From a bacterium (GTDB taxonomy: Bacteria > SAR324 > NAC60-12), in the NCBI GenBank assembly GCA_965209155.1, contig OZ242383.1, positions 672,001-736,000 of the forward strand: 64,000 nucleotides of DNA, in the 5' to 3' direction. The notes under the pieces were generated by a model. The model had not been told where the DNA came from, did no database searches, and saw nothing but the letters and a program-made list of their open reading frames with translations. The position numbers and the translations under genes are program-made. Every line of letters begins with the position of its first letter. Positions within the stretch are counted from its first letter, which is position 1. This document shows positions 1 to 10,371 of the stretch, in pieces.

Positions 1-3000
1 GCGGTTTCGGCTTGGCCAGAAGCGCCGCAGACACGGACGCCGGTGATACTGTCGAGCCTGCGCAGACCCGGAGGCTCCACCACCTCGGGAAACGGCGGCT
101 TCCCGGAGGCAGTCGCCGCGGCGTACCAGGCAGGGCTGGCGCTTCGTTTTGAAGGGTTGTTCTCCGGAGAATCCCGCCGCCGGGTATCGTTGCCGGGTTA
201 TCCTTTCCAACGCCGGCGTCACTGGGTCGAAACGCCCAGGCAACAGCGCAGCGTCGCCGGTCACCCCCTGCTGGGCATCCGCCATGAATCAGCCCATGGA
301 GAGATCACCTTCGAGACGGAAATATTCCCCTCGGACCCGGTCTGGATGAGCGACCACAGGGTGTTCAAGCGGGTTGTGGCGCCGGGCGCGCTGTACGGCG
401 CAATGGCGGCTACGGCAGCCCGGATGGAAGGGAAAGGACCGATCATCCTGGAAGACATGCAGTTGCGCAACCCCCTGGTCTTCGAGGAAACCCGCCAAGA
501 CGGCGCAGATGAAGAAAGCCGCAGGATGCAGGTGATACTCGAGGCTTCCGAACCGGGAAAGCCGCGCGTGGTCCGGATTTTCAGCCGGAAGAGTGAAGGG
601 GAATGGACGCTTCACCTGGAAGGCCGGTTGTCGCCGGACTCCCCGAACTCGAATACCGGTACGTGGCTCGATGCGGAAGAGCTGAAGGCTGAACTGTCAC
701 CGGTAGAAGTGGCGGCCTATTACCGGCACAGGGCCAGTACCGGAGTCGACCTGGGTCCGCACTTCCGCACGCTGGAAAGGGTCTGGTCACGCCCGGGTGA
801 AGCCCTGGGGGAAGTGTCGATACCGGAATCCTCCGACAAGTCCGGACTGGACATCCACCCACTCGTGCTTGACGGCTGCTTCCAGGTCGTGGGTGCGGCG
901 CGCAACCTGGCAGGAACCGAAGGCGGGGCCACCTACCTGCCCTTCGCTTGGGAAGGGATGTGGTTGTCGGACAGGCTGCCGGATCGAGTGCTCTGCCACG
1001 TGCGCTTGAATGATGCTTCGCAAAATGCCGAAGCGGACGCGGAGGAAGCTCCCGAGACGCTGGTAGGAGAGTTGAACATTTACGATACGAAGGGGAAGCC
1101 GCTCGGTCGCCTGGGCGGATATACCGTAAAGCGGGCGACACGTACTGCCTTGCTCTCGGCGATAGAAGGGGTGAACGACCTGCTTTACGAGGTGGTATGG
1201 CGCGAGCGAGCCCTCCCTCCGGGAATGACATCCGCGGATTTCTTCCCGGACCCGTCAACCGTCGCAGCCGGTACGCAGTTGTTCGCCGCTTACCTCACCA
1301 ATGCCGGAGTCGACCCGGAAAACAGGAGTATGCTACTGGCGGACCTGGAGCGCTGGTCTCGATCTCGTGCGCTCGCCACTCTCGAAGAACTGGGTTGGCA
1401 ACGCAAACCCGGCGAGATTGTGGACCCGGAGAACCTGCGTCAACGGCTGGATGTGGTACCTGAACACAGCCGCCTCTTCCGCCGCCTGTTCGAAATGCTT
1501 GCCAGGTCGGGCGTGCTGGAGCAGAGCGATGAGGGATTTACAGTGCTCGTGGGACCCGAAGACCCGTTGCCGCAACACATGCCAGGGGATCTCGAGCAGT
1601 TTGCCACCCAAATGACGGAACTCTATTCCCATGGCCTGACCGAGATCGGGTTGTTCCGGCGTTCCGGTTGCGCGTTGGCCGAGGTGCTGCGCGGTCGGGC
1701 GGATCCCCTGACGCTGCTGTTCAGCAGTGGAGAACCGACCGCCGCCGATCTTTACCTGAAGGCACCGGTTGCGCGCGCTGCGAACCGGTTGCTCGGTGAC
1801 GCGGTCCAGGCCCTGGTGGCGGCATTGCCCGAGGGCCGGCGTCTCAGGGTGCTGGAAATCGGTGCCGGCACCGGGTCGGCAACGGCGTCGGTTCTACCGG
1901 AATTGCCGGACGGACAGTTTGATTATACCTATACCGATATATCCGCGGGTTTCTTTGCGGAGGCGGAGACCCGCTTCGGAGACAGGGGCGGCTGCATCGA
2001 GTACCGTCCGCTGGATATCGAAAAAGACCCCGTCGCCCAGGGTTTTGACTCCCACGGCTACGACCTGCTGGTCGCGTCCAACGTCTTGCACGCGACACGC
2101 TACCTGGGAGAGACGCTGGGGCACTGTCTGGACCTCATGGCTCCGGCTGGACAACTGGTGGCGCTGGAGAACCTCAGCGGCCTGGGCTGGATGGACCTGA
2201 CTTTCGGACAACTGGACGGCTGGTGGCGTTTTGCCGATGACTACCGCCCACACCATGCCCTGGCGAACCCGGTGGTGTGGCGTCAGGCGCTCGCTGACGC
2301 CGGTTTTTCGGATGCGGTGGTACTGGGCGTGGACGAGTCCGATTCGGACAGGATACCGGACAAGGGCGTGATCGTGGCCCGTGGTCCGTCGCGGGTAGAA
2401 GAAGTGCCTGGAGCGTGGATTTTGGCGGCGGACAATGGCGGATTGGCGCGACAAATCGCCAACGACCTGGCGGAGCGCAACCAGACAGTGGTACTAGTGG
2501 ACGCTGACGGTCCTGAAACCGGCATCCCGGTGGCGGCCGAACCCGGAGTTTTTCCTGCCGTCGTGGAAACGGAAAAACGCGCAGCGTGGCAGGCCCTGAT
2601 TGAAAGCCTGCCCGACGACTTGTTCTTCAACGGTGTTGCGCATCTTATGGGGCTCGATGGTCACGGAGTACAGGCAACACCCGCTGAAATGGCACAAGAC
2701 GTGAAGCGCGCCGGGGCGAGCGCACTCGCGCTGGTGCAGGGACTATCCGACTCCGGCCTGGCTCCTAACAGGGGTGTCTGGTTCCTCACCAGGGGAGCGC
2801 AGGTCCTGGCGCGGGAGACCGGTGGTGAACTGGCCGGCGCGGCCCTGTGGGGGTTCGGCAAAGCGGTGGCCCGGGAAGTTACGCACCTGCAACCGCGGAT
2901 GTTAGACATGGACCCCGGAGCGACAGCTCCCGTGTCGGACCTGGTCAATGAACTTCTTTATCCCGACGACGAAAATCACGTTGCCTACCGCAACGGCCGC

Positions 3001-5835
3001 CGGTGGACTGCGCGCCTGGTGCGGATTGGTGCCGGGAATGGGCGTCTGACCTTCCCGGAAGATGCGGACTGGGTGCTTGCTCCGGACCAGTCTGGCGTGT
3101 TCGATAGACCCTGTGTACAGGCGCTGCCGCCCCGCCCGCTGGAACCCCGGGAAGTGCGCGTCGCCGTCGATGCGGCCGGACTCAACTTCTGGGACGTGTT
3201 CCGTTCGCTCGGCTTCATCGAGGAAGGGCTGCTGGGCAGGGAAATGAGCGGTCGCATCCTTGAAACAGGTGCCGAGGTTTCGAGCGTTTCAGCCGGCGAC
3301 CCTATTATGGGATTGGGTTTCGGCGCGTTCGGTCCGCAAATGATCACGCATGAGGAACTGGTAACGCCCGGCCCGCAGGGCTTCTCCGTCTCCGAACTGG
3401 CAACGGTGCCGAGCGCGTTCGTGTCGGCTGCGCTGTCCTTCGAAGAATCCGGGCTCAAGGCAGGTGAAGGAGTATTGATCCACGCCGGCGCGGGGGGCGT
3501 CGGTCTGGCGGCCATCCAGTTGGCGCAGTCCGTGGGAGCGGAAGTCTTTGCCACCGCCAGCGCGCCGAAACAGGATTATCTTCGCTCCCTCGGCGTGAAG
3601 CATATCTTTGACAGTCGCACCACCGCATTCGGGAAAGAAATTCTGGAGACAACGGGCGGGGAAGGAGTGCACGTGGTGCTGAACAGCCTGACGGGAGAAG
3701 GATTCATCGATGCCAGCCTCTCCTGCCTGAGACACGAAGGTCGTTTCGTGGAGATGGCCAGGCGGGACATCCTGAGCGAGAAAGAGATGGCGGCAGTGCG
3801 CCCGGACGTGGATTATTTCATCCTGGAACTCGACGTACTCAAAAAGACGGACCCCGCCCGGGTGGGAAGAGTCCTGCGGGATGTGGCGGGGCGGCTTGCG
3901 TCGGGTGAACTCAAACCCATCATCCACAGCCGCTGGCCACTGGCCGAGGCCGGGGATGCGCTCGCGTTCATGCGCTCGGCCCGGCATCTCGGAAAGATCG
4001 TCGTCACCACGCCACCGCTGGCGCATGGTCGGCTGCGTCCGGACCGGACCTACCTGGTGACCGGCGGCCTGGGCGGTATCGGGTGCGCCGTGGCGGGATG
4101 GCTTGCGGAGCACGGGGCGGAATCAATCGTGCTGAACGGGAGGCGCAGCCCGGACGGCGCTGCGAAAGAGCTAATACGGGCGTTGACGGACCGGGGAGTG
4201 GCGGTTCGGGTGGAACTGGCGGACGTGACGGATGCCGGCGCGTTGGACGACATGCTGGCGCGCATCGACCGGGAACTACCTCCCCTGGGCGGGGTGATCC
4301 ATAGCGTGGGTGTGCTGTCGGACGGGGCGCTGACCAACCAGAGTTGGGACAGCTTCGAGGAGGTGCTGTGGCCGAAAATACTGGGAGGTTGGCACCTGCA
4401 TCGCGCTACGGCGCGACTGGACCTGGATTTCTTTATCCTCTTTTCCAGCCGGGTCGGCGTGATGGGCAACCCGGGGCAGGCGAACCACGCCGCGGCCAAC
4501 GCCTTCCTGGATCAACTCGCCGGCCACCGGCGCGCATTGGGGCTGCCGGGACAGGCCATTGCCTGGGGAGCCTGGTCCGACATCGGTGAAGCGGCTGAAC
4601 AGCGGGAACGAATCGACCGTCAACGCACGGCGCTCGGAGGCCGCTGGTTTACCCCGCAACAAGGTCTCGAGGCATTTGACCGGCTGGTGCGGCAGGACCC
4701 CACGAATTCCGTGGTCATGTCCATGGACTGGTCCGTATTCGAAGAGGCCGTGACAGAGCGTCCACCCCTGCTGGAAGACCTGCTGTCCACGGATTCCGAG
4801 ACGGGGACTGCCGACGCGTCTGCGTCGGTCGACCTGATCACCCGCCTGCGGGAAGCGCCCGCAGGCGCGCACGGGGAACTGCTTGCCTCCCTCCTGCAAC
4901 AAGAAGTACAGGCGGTGCTGCGACTGCGGGACACCCCTGACCCCACGGTCGGGTTCTTTGACCTGGGAATGGATTCATTGATGGCAGTGGAACTGCGCAA
5001 CCGGCTGAACAGGGCTTTTTCCGGTAAGTACACGGCATCCAACACCGTAGTGTTCGACTACCCCGATATTTCCACCCTCGCCGGGCACCTGGCCAAAGAA
5101 CTGGGGGAGGCCGACGTTGAGCCTGCTCCCCGGACGCAACCCGAGGCGCAGACGGAGATGAAAGCGGAACCTGCGCATCGAAGTGGAGAAGACGGCATCG
5201 CGATCATCGGCATGGCATGTCGCTTCCCGGGCGCGCCGGATCTCCAGTCCTTCTGGCGCATGCTCGAAGCCGGCGTCGACTCCGTGACGGACGGGCGCCG
5301 GGATTCCGGTTCCTGGGAAGGCGTTGTTGGAGATCCGTCCCAAAGAGACAGCACCTTGAGACGCGGTGGTTTCATCGAGGGGATAGACCTGTTTGATGCC
5401 CGATTCTTCGGGATATCGCCGATCAGCGCACGCGCCACGGACCCGCAACACCGCCTGCTCCTGGAAACCAGCTGGCATGCCCTGGAAGATGCGGGGATTA
5501 ACCCGGACGACCTGAGGGGCAGCAATACCGGCGTGTACGCCGGCGTTGCCTCCAGCGAGTACCGGGAACTGATGCTTGCCGCCGGAAGCAGTACCAGCTA
5601 CGTCGGCACTGCCAACAGTATGGCCGTCGGCGGGGTATCGTTCAAACTGGGTCTTACCGGGCCGGCGGTGCCCGTAGAACTCAATTGCGCATCGTCGCTG
5701 GTCGCTGTACACCATGCACTGACGGCGCTGCGCCAGGGCGAGGTGAACCTGGCTTTGGCCGGTGGGGTGAACACGGTCCTGTCGCCCGGGAAAACACGAG
5801 AAATGGCGGAAATGGGCATGCTCTCGAGTGAATAG
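1..5835 (+). CDS. Type I polyketide synthase, SupA-like (5'-partial): post-AT linker-DH-cMT-ER-KR-ACP-KS(N-part); ends at an in-frame TAG inside the last KS
   Basis: Frame is open from base 1. Motifs: LPGYPFQRRRHW (post-AT linker), HPLLG/HRVFKRVVAPG (DH), VLEIGAGTGS (MT), IHAGAGGVG (ER), TGGLGGIG (KR), GMDSL (ACP), IAIIGMACRFPGA/DPQHRLLLE/NCASSL (KS). Confidence 0.93.
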   Translation, partial: AVSAWPEAPQTRTPVILSSLRRPGGSTTSGNGGFPEAVAAAYQAGLALRFEGLFSGESRRRVSLPGYPFQRRRHWVETPRQQRSVAGHPLLGIRHESAHGEITFETEIFPSDPVWMSDHRVFKRVVAPGALYGAMAATAARMEGKGPIILEDMQLRNPLVFEETRQDGADEESRRMQVILEASEPGKPRVVRIFSRKSEGEWTLHLEGRLSPDSPNSNTGTWLDAEELKAELSPVEVAAYYRHRASTGVDLGPHFRTLERVWSRPGEALGEVSIPESSDKSGLDIHPLVLDGCFQVVGAARNLAGTEGGATYLPFAWEGMWLSDRLPDRVLCHVRLNDASQNAEADAEEAPETLVGELNIYDTKGKPLGRLGGYTVKRATRTALLSAIEGVNDLLYEVVWRERALPPGMTSADFFPDPSTVAAGTQLFAAYLTNAGVDPENRSMLLADLERWSRSRALATLEELGWQRKPGEIVDPENLRQRLDVVPEHSRLFRRLFEMLARSGVLEQSDEGFTVLVGPEDPLPQHMPGDLEQFATQMTELYSHGLTEIGLFRRSGCALAEVLRGRADPLTLLFSSGEPTAADLYLKAPVARAANRLLGDAVQALVAALPEGRRLRVLEIGAGTGSATASVLPELPDGQFDYTYTDISAGFFAEAETRFGDRGGCIEYRPLDIEKDPVAQGFDSHGYDLLVASNVLHATRYLGETLGHCLDLMAPAGQLVALENLSGLGWMDLTFGQLDGWWRFADDYRPHHALANPVVWRQALADAGFSDAVVLGVDESDSDRIPDKGVIVARGPSRVEEVPGAWILAADNGGLARQIANDLAERNQTVVLVDADGPETGIPVAAEPGVFPAVVETEKRAAWQALIESLPDDLFFNGVAHLMGLDGHGVQATPAEMAQDVKRAGASALALVQGLSDSGLAPNRGVWFLTRGAQVLARETGGELAGAALWGFGKAVAREVTHLQPRMLDMDPGATAPVSDLVNELLYPDDENHVAYRNGRRWTARLVRIGAGNGRLTFPEDADWVLAPDQSGVFDRPCVQALPPRPLEPREVRVAVDAAGLNFWDVFRSLGFIEEGLLGREMSGRILETGAEVSSVSAGDPIMGLGFGAFGPQMITHEELVTPGPQGFSVSELATVPSAFVSAALSFEESGLKAGEGVLIHAGAGGVGLAAIQLAQSVGAEVFATASAPKQDYLRSLGVKHIFDSRTTAFGKEILETTGGEGVHVVLNSLTGEGFIDASLSCLRHEGRFVEMARRDILSEKEMAAVRPDVDYFILELDVLKKTDPARVGRVLRDVAGRLASGELKPIIHSRWPLAEAGDALAFMRSARHLGKIVVTTPPLAHGRLRPDRTYLVTGGLGGIGCAVAGWLAEHGAESIVLNGRRSPDGAAKELIRALTDRGVAVRVELADVTDAGALDDMLARIDRELPPLGGVIHSVGVLSDGALTNQSWDSFEEVLWPKILGGWHLHRATARLDLDFFILFSSRVGVMGNPGQANHAAANAFLDQLAGHRRALGLPGQAIAWGAWSDIGEAAEQRERIDRQRTALGGRWFTPQQGLEAFDRLVRQDPTNSVVMSMDWSVFEEAVTERPPLLEDLLSTDSETGTADASASVDLITRLREAPAGAHGELLASLLQQEVQAVLRLRDTPDPTVGFFDLGMDSLMAVELRNRLNRAFSGKYTASNTVVFDYPDISTLAGHLAKELGEADVEPAPRTQPEAQTEMKAEPAHRSGEDGIAIIGMACRFPGAPDLQSFWRMLEAGVDSVTDGRRDSGSWEGVVGDPSQRDSTLRRGGFIEGIDLFDARFFGISPISARATDPQHRLLLETSWHALEDAGINPDDLRGSNTGVYAGVASSEYRELMLAAGSSTSYVGTANSMAVGGVSFKLGLTGPAVPVELNCASSLVAVHHALTALRQGEVNLALAGGVNTVLSPGKTREMAEMGMLSSE

Positions 5836-6957
5836 CGCTGCAAGACCTTCGATGCTTCCGCTGATGGCTTTGCGCGCGGCGAGGGTTGCGGAATGTTGGT
5901 CCTGAAACGCCTTGAACAGGCGCAAGTCGACGGCGACCGCATCCGGGCCGTGGTGCGTGGCGCGGCAGTCAACCAGAACGGGCCGAGCGCCGGGCCGACA
6001 GCGCCGAATGGCCCGGCGCAAGAACGGGTCATTGAAACGGCGCTGGCGCAGTCTGGCATCGAGCCGGCGCAAGTGGACTACCTGGAAGCCCACGGCGCCG
6101 GGTCGGCCCTGGGCGATCCGATCGAGGTGCAGGCGGCGGCATCGGTTTATGGAAACGGGCGGCAGGAGGATAACCCGTTGCTGATCGGCTCAGTAAAAAC
6201 GAATATCGGCCACTTGGAAACGGCCGCCGGAGTTGCCGGAATCATCAAGGTAGTCCTGGCAATGACACGCGGAGTGATACCCAAACAACTGCATTTCCGG
6301 GAGCCGAACCCGAACCTGGAATGGGAGCGCCTCCCGGTACGCGTTGTTTCGGACATGGTTGACTGGCCTCGCCATCCCGGGCGACCTCCCGGGGCGGCTG
6401 TCAGCTCATTCGGAATATCGGGCACGAACGCGCACGTCGTGATCGAGGGATATACGGACCCGCCCGTGACGGAAGAGGAGCAGCGGGACGGGCAGGAGCG
6501 GTTCCTGCCGCTTTCAGGCAAAACCGGTGATGCGCTCAGGGAAATGGCGCAACGTTACCTCTCATGGCTGGACGAACACGCCGGCGAATCCTCGTCCGGC
6601 AACGGCCTTACTCGTGAATTGCTGGCCGACATGGCCTGGACCGCGAGCGTGGGGAGAGCCCATTTTAAGCACCGCAAGGCAATCGTATTCAGGGATGCAA
6701 CGTCATTGCGCGCAGGGCTGGAGTCGCTTGCGCAAACAGACGCGGCGGCGCTGACTCCGGTTGAACCATCAGGCGCGTACCGGCCGTCCGGCAGCGAAGA
6801 CATGGCGGGAAACGGGAATACGTGGGCCCAAGCGGCGGCGCGGGCTTACGAAGTGGGCAAAACGGTTTCTTTTGCCGAACTGTTTGTTGGCGAAAAGCGG
6901 CGCCGCATCCCGTTGCCCGGCTACCCGTTCCAACGCCGGCGTTACTGGATCGAATAA
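5836..6957 (+). pseudogene. In-frame continuation of the PKS after the TAG: C-terminal half of the KS plus KS-AT and post-AT linkers, no AT catalytic domain
   Basis: Same frame as 43..5835. Reads RCKTFDASADGFARGEGCG, EAHGAGS, KTNIGHLETAAG, SSFGISGTNAH and ends LPGYPFQRRRYWIE. Confidence 0.8.
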
Positions 6958-6968
6958 GCGGACAAGCA

Positions 6969-8306
6969 ATGACCGAAAGCCGGACAGGAAGCGGGACGGG
7001 CGTGCGATACCAGCCCGATGAAAATCCTCCCTTGGCGCTTGTCGTAAGCCTCGGCCTGCAACTTGCGGGCCTGAATATCGCCGCGGTGGTGTTGATCCCC
7101 ACGGTGATCGTGCGCGCCGCGGGCGAAACCGAGGCCTACCTGTCCTGGGCCGTGCTCATCTCGGTCATGATCTGCGGCATGACCACGATATTGCAGGCCC
7201 TGCGCTTCAGACGTATCGGATCCGGGCACATCATCGTGATGTGCACTTCAGCGGCCTTCATCCCCGTGTGCATCATGGCGCTCGCGGCAGGCGGCCCCGC
7301 CATGATGGCCACCCTGGTCGTTATCGCGTCCCTGGTCCCGGCAGTGCTGTCCTGGAAGCTGCCGCAGTTCCGGCGCATCCTGACACCGACGGTCTCGGGG
7401 ACGATCATCATGCTGATACCCGTCACGATCTTGCCGGTCGTTTCCCAACTCCTCGGCAGCGCCGTTGATGGCAGCGCTACACCCGGCTCCGCGTTGAGTT
7501 TTCTCATAACGGCGCTGGTCATCAGCGCAATCGCCCTGAAGGCGCCTGCAAGCATGCGCGTGTGGGGGGCGGTTATCGGCGTGGTGACCGGCTCGGTCAT
7601 CGCCGGAATGTTCGGCCTGTACGACATGGACCGCGTTGCCGGCGCCGTCTGGTTTGATATTCCCGAGAACCGCTGGCCGGGTCATGATCTCGATTTCGAG
7701 CCGGCCTTCTGGACTCTGCTCCCCTCATTCCTGCTGGTGGCACTAGTTGCCGGCATCCGAACCATGAGCAGCGCCATTGCCATCCAGCGCGTATCGTGGC
7801 GGGATGAGCGGCCCGTGGATTTCAACGCGGTACAGGGAGCCCTGAACGTGGACGGCCTGGGTAACATGGTCTCCGGGTTGGCGGGTACGGTTCCGGGATC
7901 GGCCATAACGACCAGCGTTTCCATGACCGAACTCAGCGGGGTCGCTGCCCGCTACGTCGGCGTCGCCACCGGGGTGAGCTTTATCATCCTGGCATTCGTA
8001 CCGAAGCTCGTCGCCGTGGTCCTGGCCGTACCGGATTCCGTATTCGCGGGTTACCTGTTCACCATGCTTGCGCTGCTCTTCATGATAGGCATGAAGATGA
8101 TCATCGATGACAACGTGGACACCAGCAAGGGGTTGCTGGTCAGCATCGCCTTCCTGGCCGGCACCGGCTGCCAGTACGGTCTGATCTACCCTGCTTATCT
8201 CGACGAGTTTGCCGGCGGCCTGCTGCGCAACGGCATGAACGTCGGCGGGTTCATCATCATCCTGATGACCCTTATCCTGGAACTGACAAAACACCGTGGT
8301 AAATGA
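6969..8306 (+). CDS. Xanthine/uracil (NCS2/SLC23-type) permease-like membrane protein
   Basis: ATG at 6969, 11 nt after the PKS stop. RYQPDENPP N-terminal motif, many hydrophobic segments, DGLGNMVSGLAGT motif. Confidence 0.8.
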   Translation: MTESRTGSGTGVRYQPDENPPLALVVSLGLQLAGLNIAAVVLIPTVIVRAAGETEAYLSWAVLISVMICGMTTILQALRFRRIGSGHIIVMCTSAAFIPVCIMALAAGGPAMMATLVVIASLVPAVLSWKLPQFRRILTPTVSGTIIMLIPVTILPVVSQLLGSAVDGSATPGSALSFLITALVISAIALKAPASMRVWGAVIGVVTGSVIAGMFGLYDMDRVAGAVWFDIPENRWPGHDLDFEPAFWTLLPSFLLVALVAGIRTMSSAIAIQRVSWRDERPVDFNAVQGALNVDGLGNMVSGLAGTVPGSAITTSVSMTELSGVAARYVGVATGVSFIILAFVPKLVAVVLAVPDSVFAGYLFTMLALLFMIGMKMIIDDNVDTSKGLLVSIAFLAGTGCQYGLIYPAYLDEFAGGLLRNGMNVGGFIIILMTLILELTKHRGK

Positions 8307-8940
8307 TTGATCCGCAGGGTCGGCCTGCTTGCGCGCGTATGGCGTTGCGCACCCCGGACCACCCGATCCGGCGTTCGACCCGCTTCAGGGGATCCTCGAA
8401 TTTCCCGACCTGCCGCTTCTACTGGCCTGCCTTCAAGTCCTCCCCATGCCATCCGGCCTTAGCTTACAGGAATCGCTATTTTTTCGCGGGCAGGGGTAAC
8501 AGGAATTATTATCTTGCTTTGGGGCGCGAGCAGAATTATAAAAATTGCTGAAAATATTTCATCAAAAATGATTCGCTTGATCCCTTTTCACCTTTGAAAT
8601 CAAGCCGATTTTCAAATTGCCGGTACCTGTTTCGCAGATCATCCATCGCTGTTTATGCAGTACGACCATCCAGAAAACCGGTACTTGTTCCATCTACCGG
8701 GTCGTCACCAGCCATTGATGAGCGTTTTGCTGCAGGAAATTTCGTCCATTGCGTTCCACGTCATGTAACGCAAATGGCGAAGCTTGCTCAAAAATCCGCT
8801 AACCAGTCTTCGAAAAATACGCGGGAATGGCTTCTTTCTTGCCGGAAAAAGCCACCACGAAACGTACCGGACCAGCGAAGGACACATTCTGAACCGGGAT
8901 TTTTTCAGGCTTTGAAACCCGAACCACCAATTTTTCGTAA

Positions 8941-10071
8941 ATGTCAGTTTTTTCAGAAATTTGGGCGCTATCGACTGGTTTTTTCGTCACTTTGTCCGGC
9001 AGTGTTCTGATCGTGTTCACCAAGCGCTGGCATGGGAGGCTGACCTTCGATACTTTTACGGGTCCTCAAAAGTTTCACGATGCGCCGACACCAAGAATCG
9101 GCGGGCTGGCCGTTTACCTCGGATACTGGATCGTGGTGATGGCGACGTCCCAACCCACGCAAAGCCTTTTGGTGGCGCTCGGTATATGCGGCACTCCGGC
9201 TTTCCTTGCGGGCCTGGCGGAAGATCTGAGCAAACGGACGCCCGTGCTCTGGCGCTTGCTGGCAACTGTACTTTCAGGGCTGCTCTTTTGCCTCTTCACC
9301 GGCTACTCGGTGACGCAAACAGAAGTCTACCTGGTCGACGACCTGATCGAGTTGCATTTCATCTCGCTCTTGTTCACCGCTTTCGCCATAGGCGGATTGT
9401 CGAATGCCATCAACGTCATCGATGGTTTCAACGGTCTCGCTGCCGGAGCGGTGATTATCATGGCCTCGTCCTTTGGTATTGCAGCCTTCATGGTAAATGA
9501 CATCGAATTGGCGTTGTTCGCGGCCATTGTCGTAGCGCTTCTCTTGGGATTCCTTTTCGTGAATTTCCCATGGGGATACCTGTTCCTGGGAGACGGAGGG
9601 GCTTATTTTGCAGGTTTTCTCCTGGGATCCCTGGCGGTCATGCTTCCTGTACGAAATCCGCAAATATCGGAATGGTACAGCATCATGATCCTGGCTTATC
9701 CAGTGCTGGAAATCATGCATTCGATTGTTCGAAGAAAAGTCCGAAAAGGTCGTCGAGCAACCAGAGCGGATAATCTTCACCTGCATACTTTGATATACCG
9801 GACCTTTGCCAGAAAGATTGCCAAATCGCTGGAAAAGGAAAAATTCGCCAGTGCCATCACCAGCGTGCTGATCTGGGGAGGAACCCTTAGCAGCCTGGTT
9901 TTTGTCCTACTCATTCCAACCAGCCGGGAATGGGCGCTGCCGGCCTTCGTGTTGCAGTTCCTGCTCTATATCGTGGTTTACCGACGAGTGGCCTTATTGC
10001 GTCACTATTCCATTCTGCGTCTCCCCAAAGGGCTGGCGAAAAGAATGTGGGGGCGTCATATACATAAATAA
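8941..10071 (+). CDS. MraY/WecA-family polyprenyl-phosphate sugar-1-phosphate transferase
   Basis: PTPRIGG, GLAEDL, NAINVIDGFNGLA, FLGDGGAY, ADNLHLH motifs; multiple TM segments. Confidence 0.9.
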   Translation: MSVFSEIWALSTGFFVTLSGSVLIVFTKRWHGRLTFDTFTGPQKFHDAPTPRIGGLAVYLGYWIVVMATSQPTQSLLVALGICGTPAFLAGLAEDLSKRTPVLWRLLATVLSGLLFCLFTGYSVTQTEVYLVDDLIELHFISLLFTAFAIGGLSNAINVIDGFNGLAAGAVIIMASSFGIAAFMVNDIELALFAAIVVALLLGFLFVNFPWGYLFLGDGGAYFAGFLLGSLAVMLPVRNPQISEWYSIMILAYPVLEIMHSIVRRKVRKGRRATRADNLHLHTLIYRTFARKIAKSLEKEKFASAITSVLIWGGTLSSLVFVLLIPTSREWALPAFVLQFLLYIVVYRRVALLRHYSILRLPKGLAKRMWGRHIHK

Positions 10072-10310
10072 CCTGAGTTTGAGAAAAGCATTTACTCAAT
10101 TCAATAAGTTATGGAATCTTCATATCTTAGAGAAACCGTGTCATTCCTGCGAAACTTGTCCCTGCTAAACTTGTCCCTGCGAAAGCAGGGAGCAGGGAGC
10201 AGGAATCCAGAGGTAGGCAGCCAGACTGAAACCTGGATTCCGGGTCCTCGCCCGGAATGACATATACGCCAGGATACTCAAATCATTGAAGATTTATCTC
10301 GAACTCAGGT
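10071..10310. mobile_element. MITE-like element (240 bp) with terminal inverted repeats ACCTGAGTTTGAGA / TCTCGAACTCAGGT and internal GTCATTCC..GGAATC palindromes
   Basis: TIRs read directly; homologous to 48650..49170; no ORF; flanks TAAATA/TAATTA. Confidence 0.85.
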
Positions 10311-10371
10311 TAATTAATGTTCCGGACACCCTTTTTTCCCAACCAGCAACACCTTTAAAGACAAACGCACC

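Noticed and set aside
8306..8940. Possible transposase remnant or IS end at the GC boundary
   Set aside because: No recognisable transposase motif or convincing terminal inverted repeat pair by eye.
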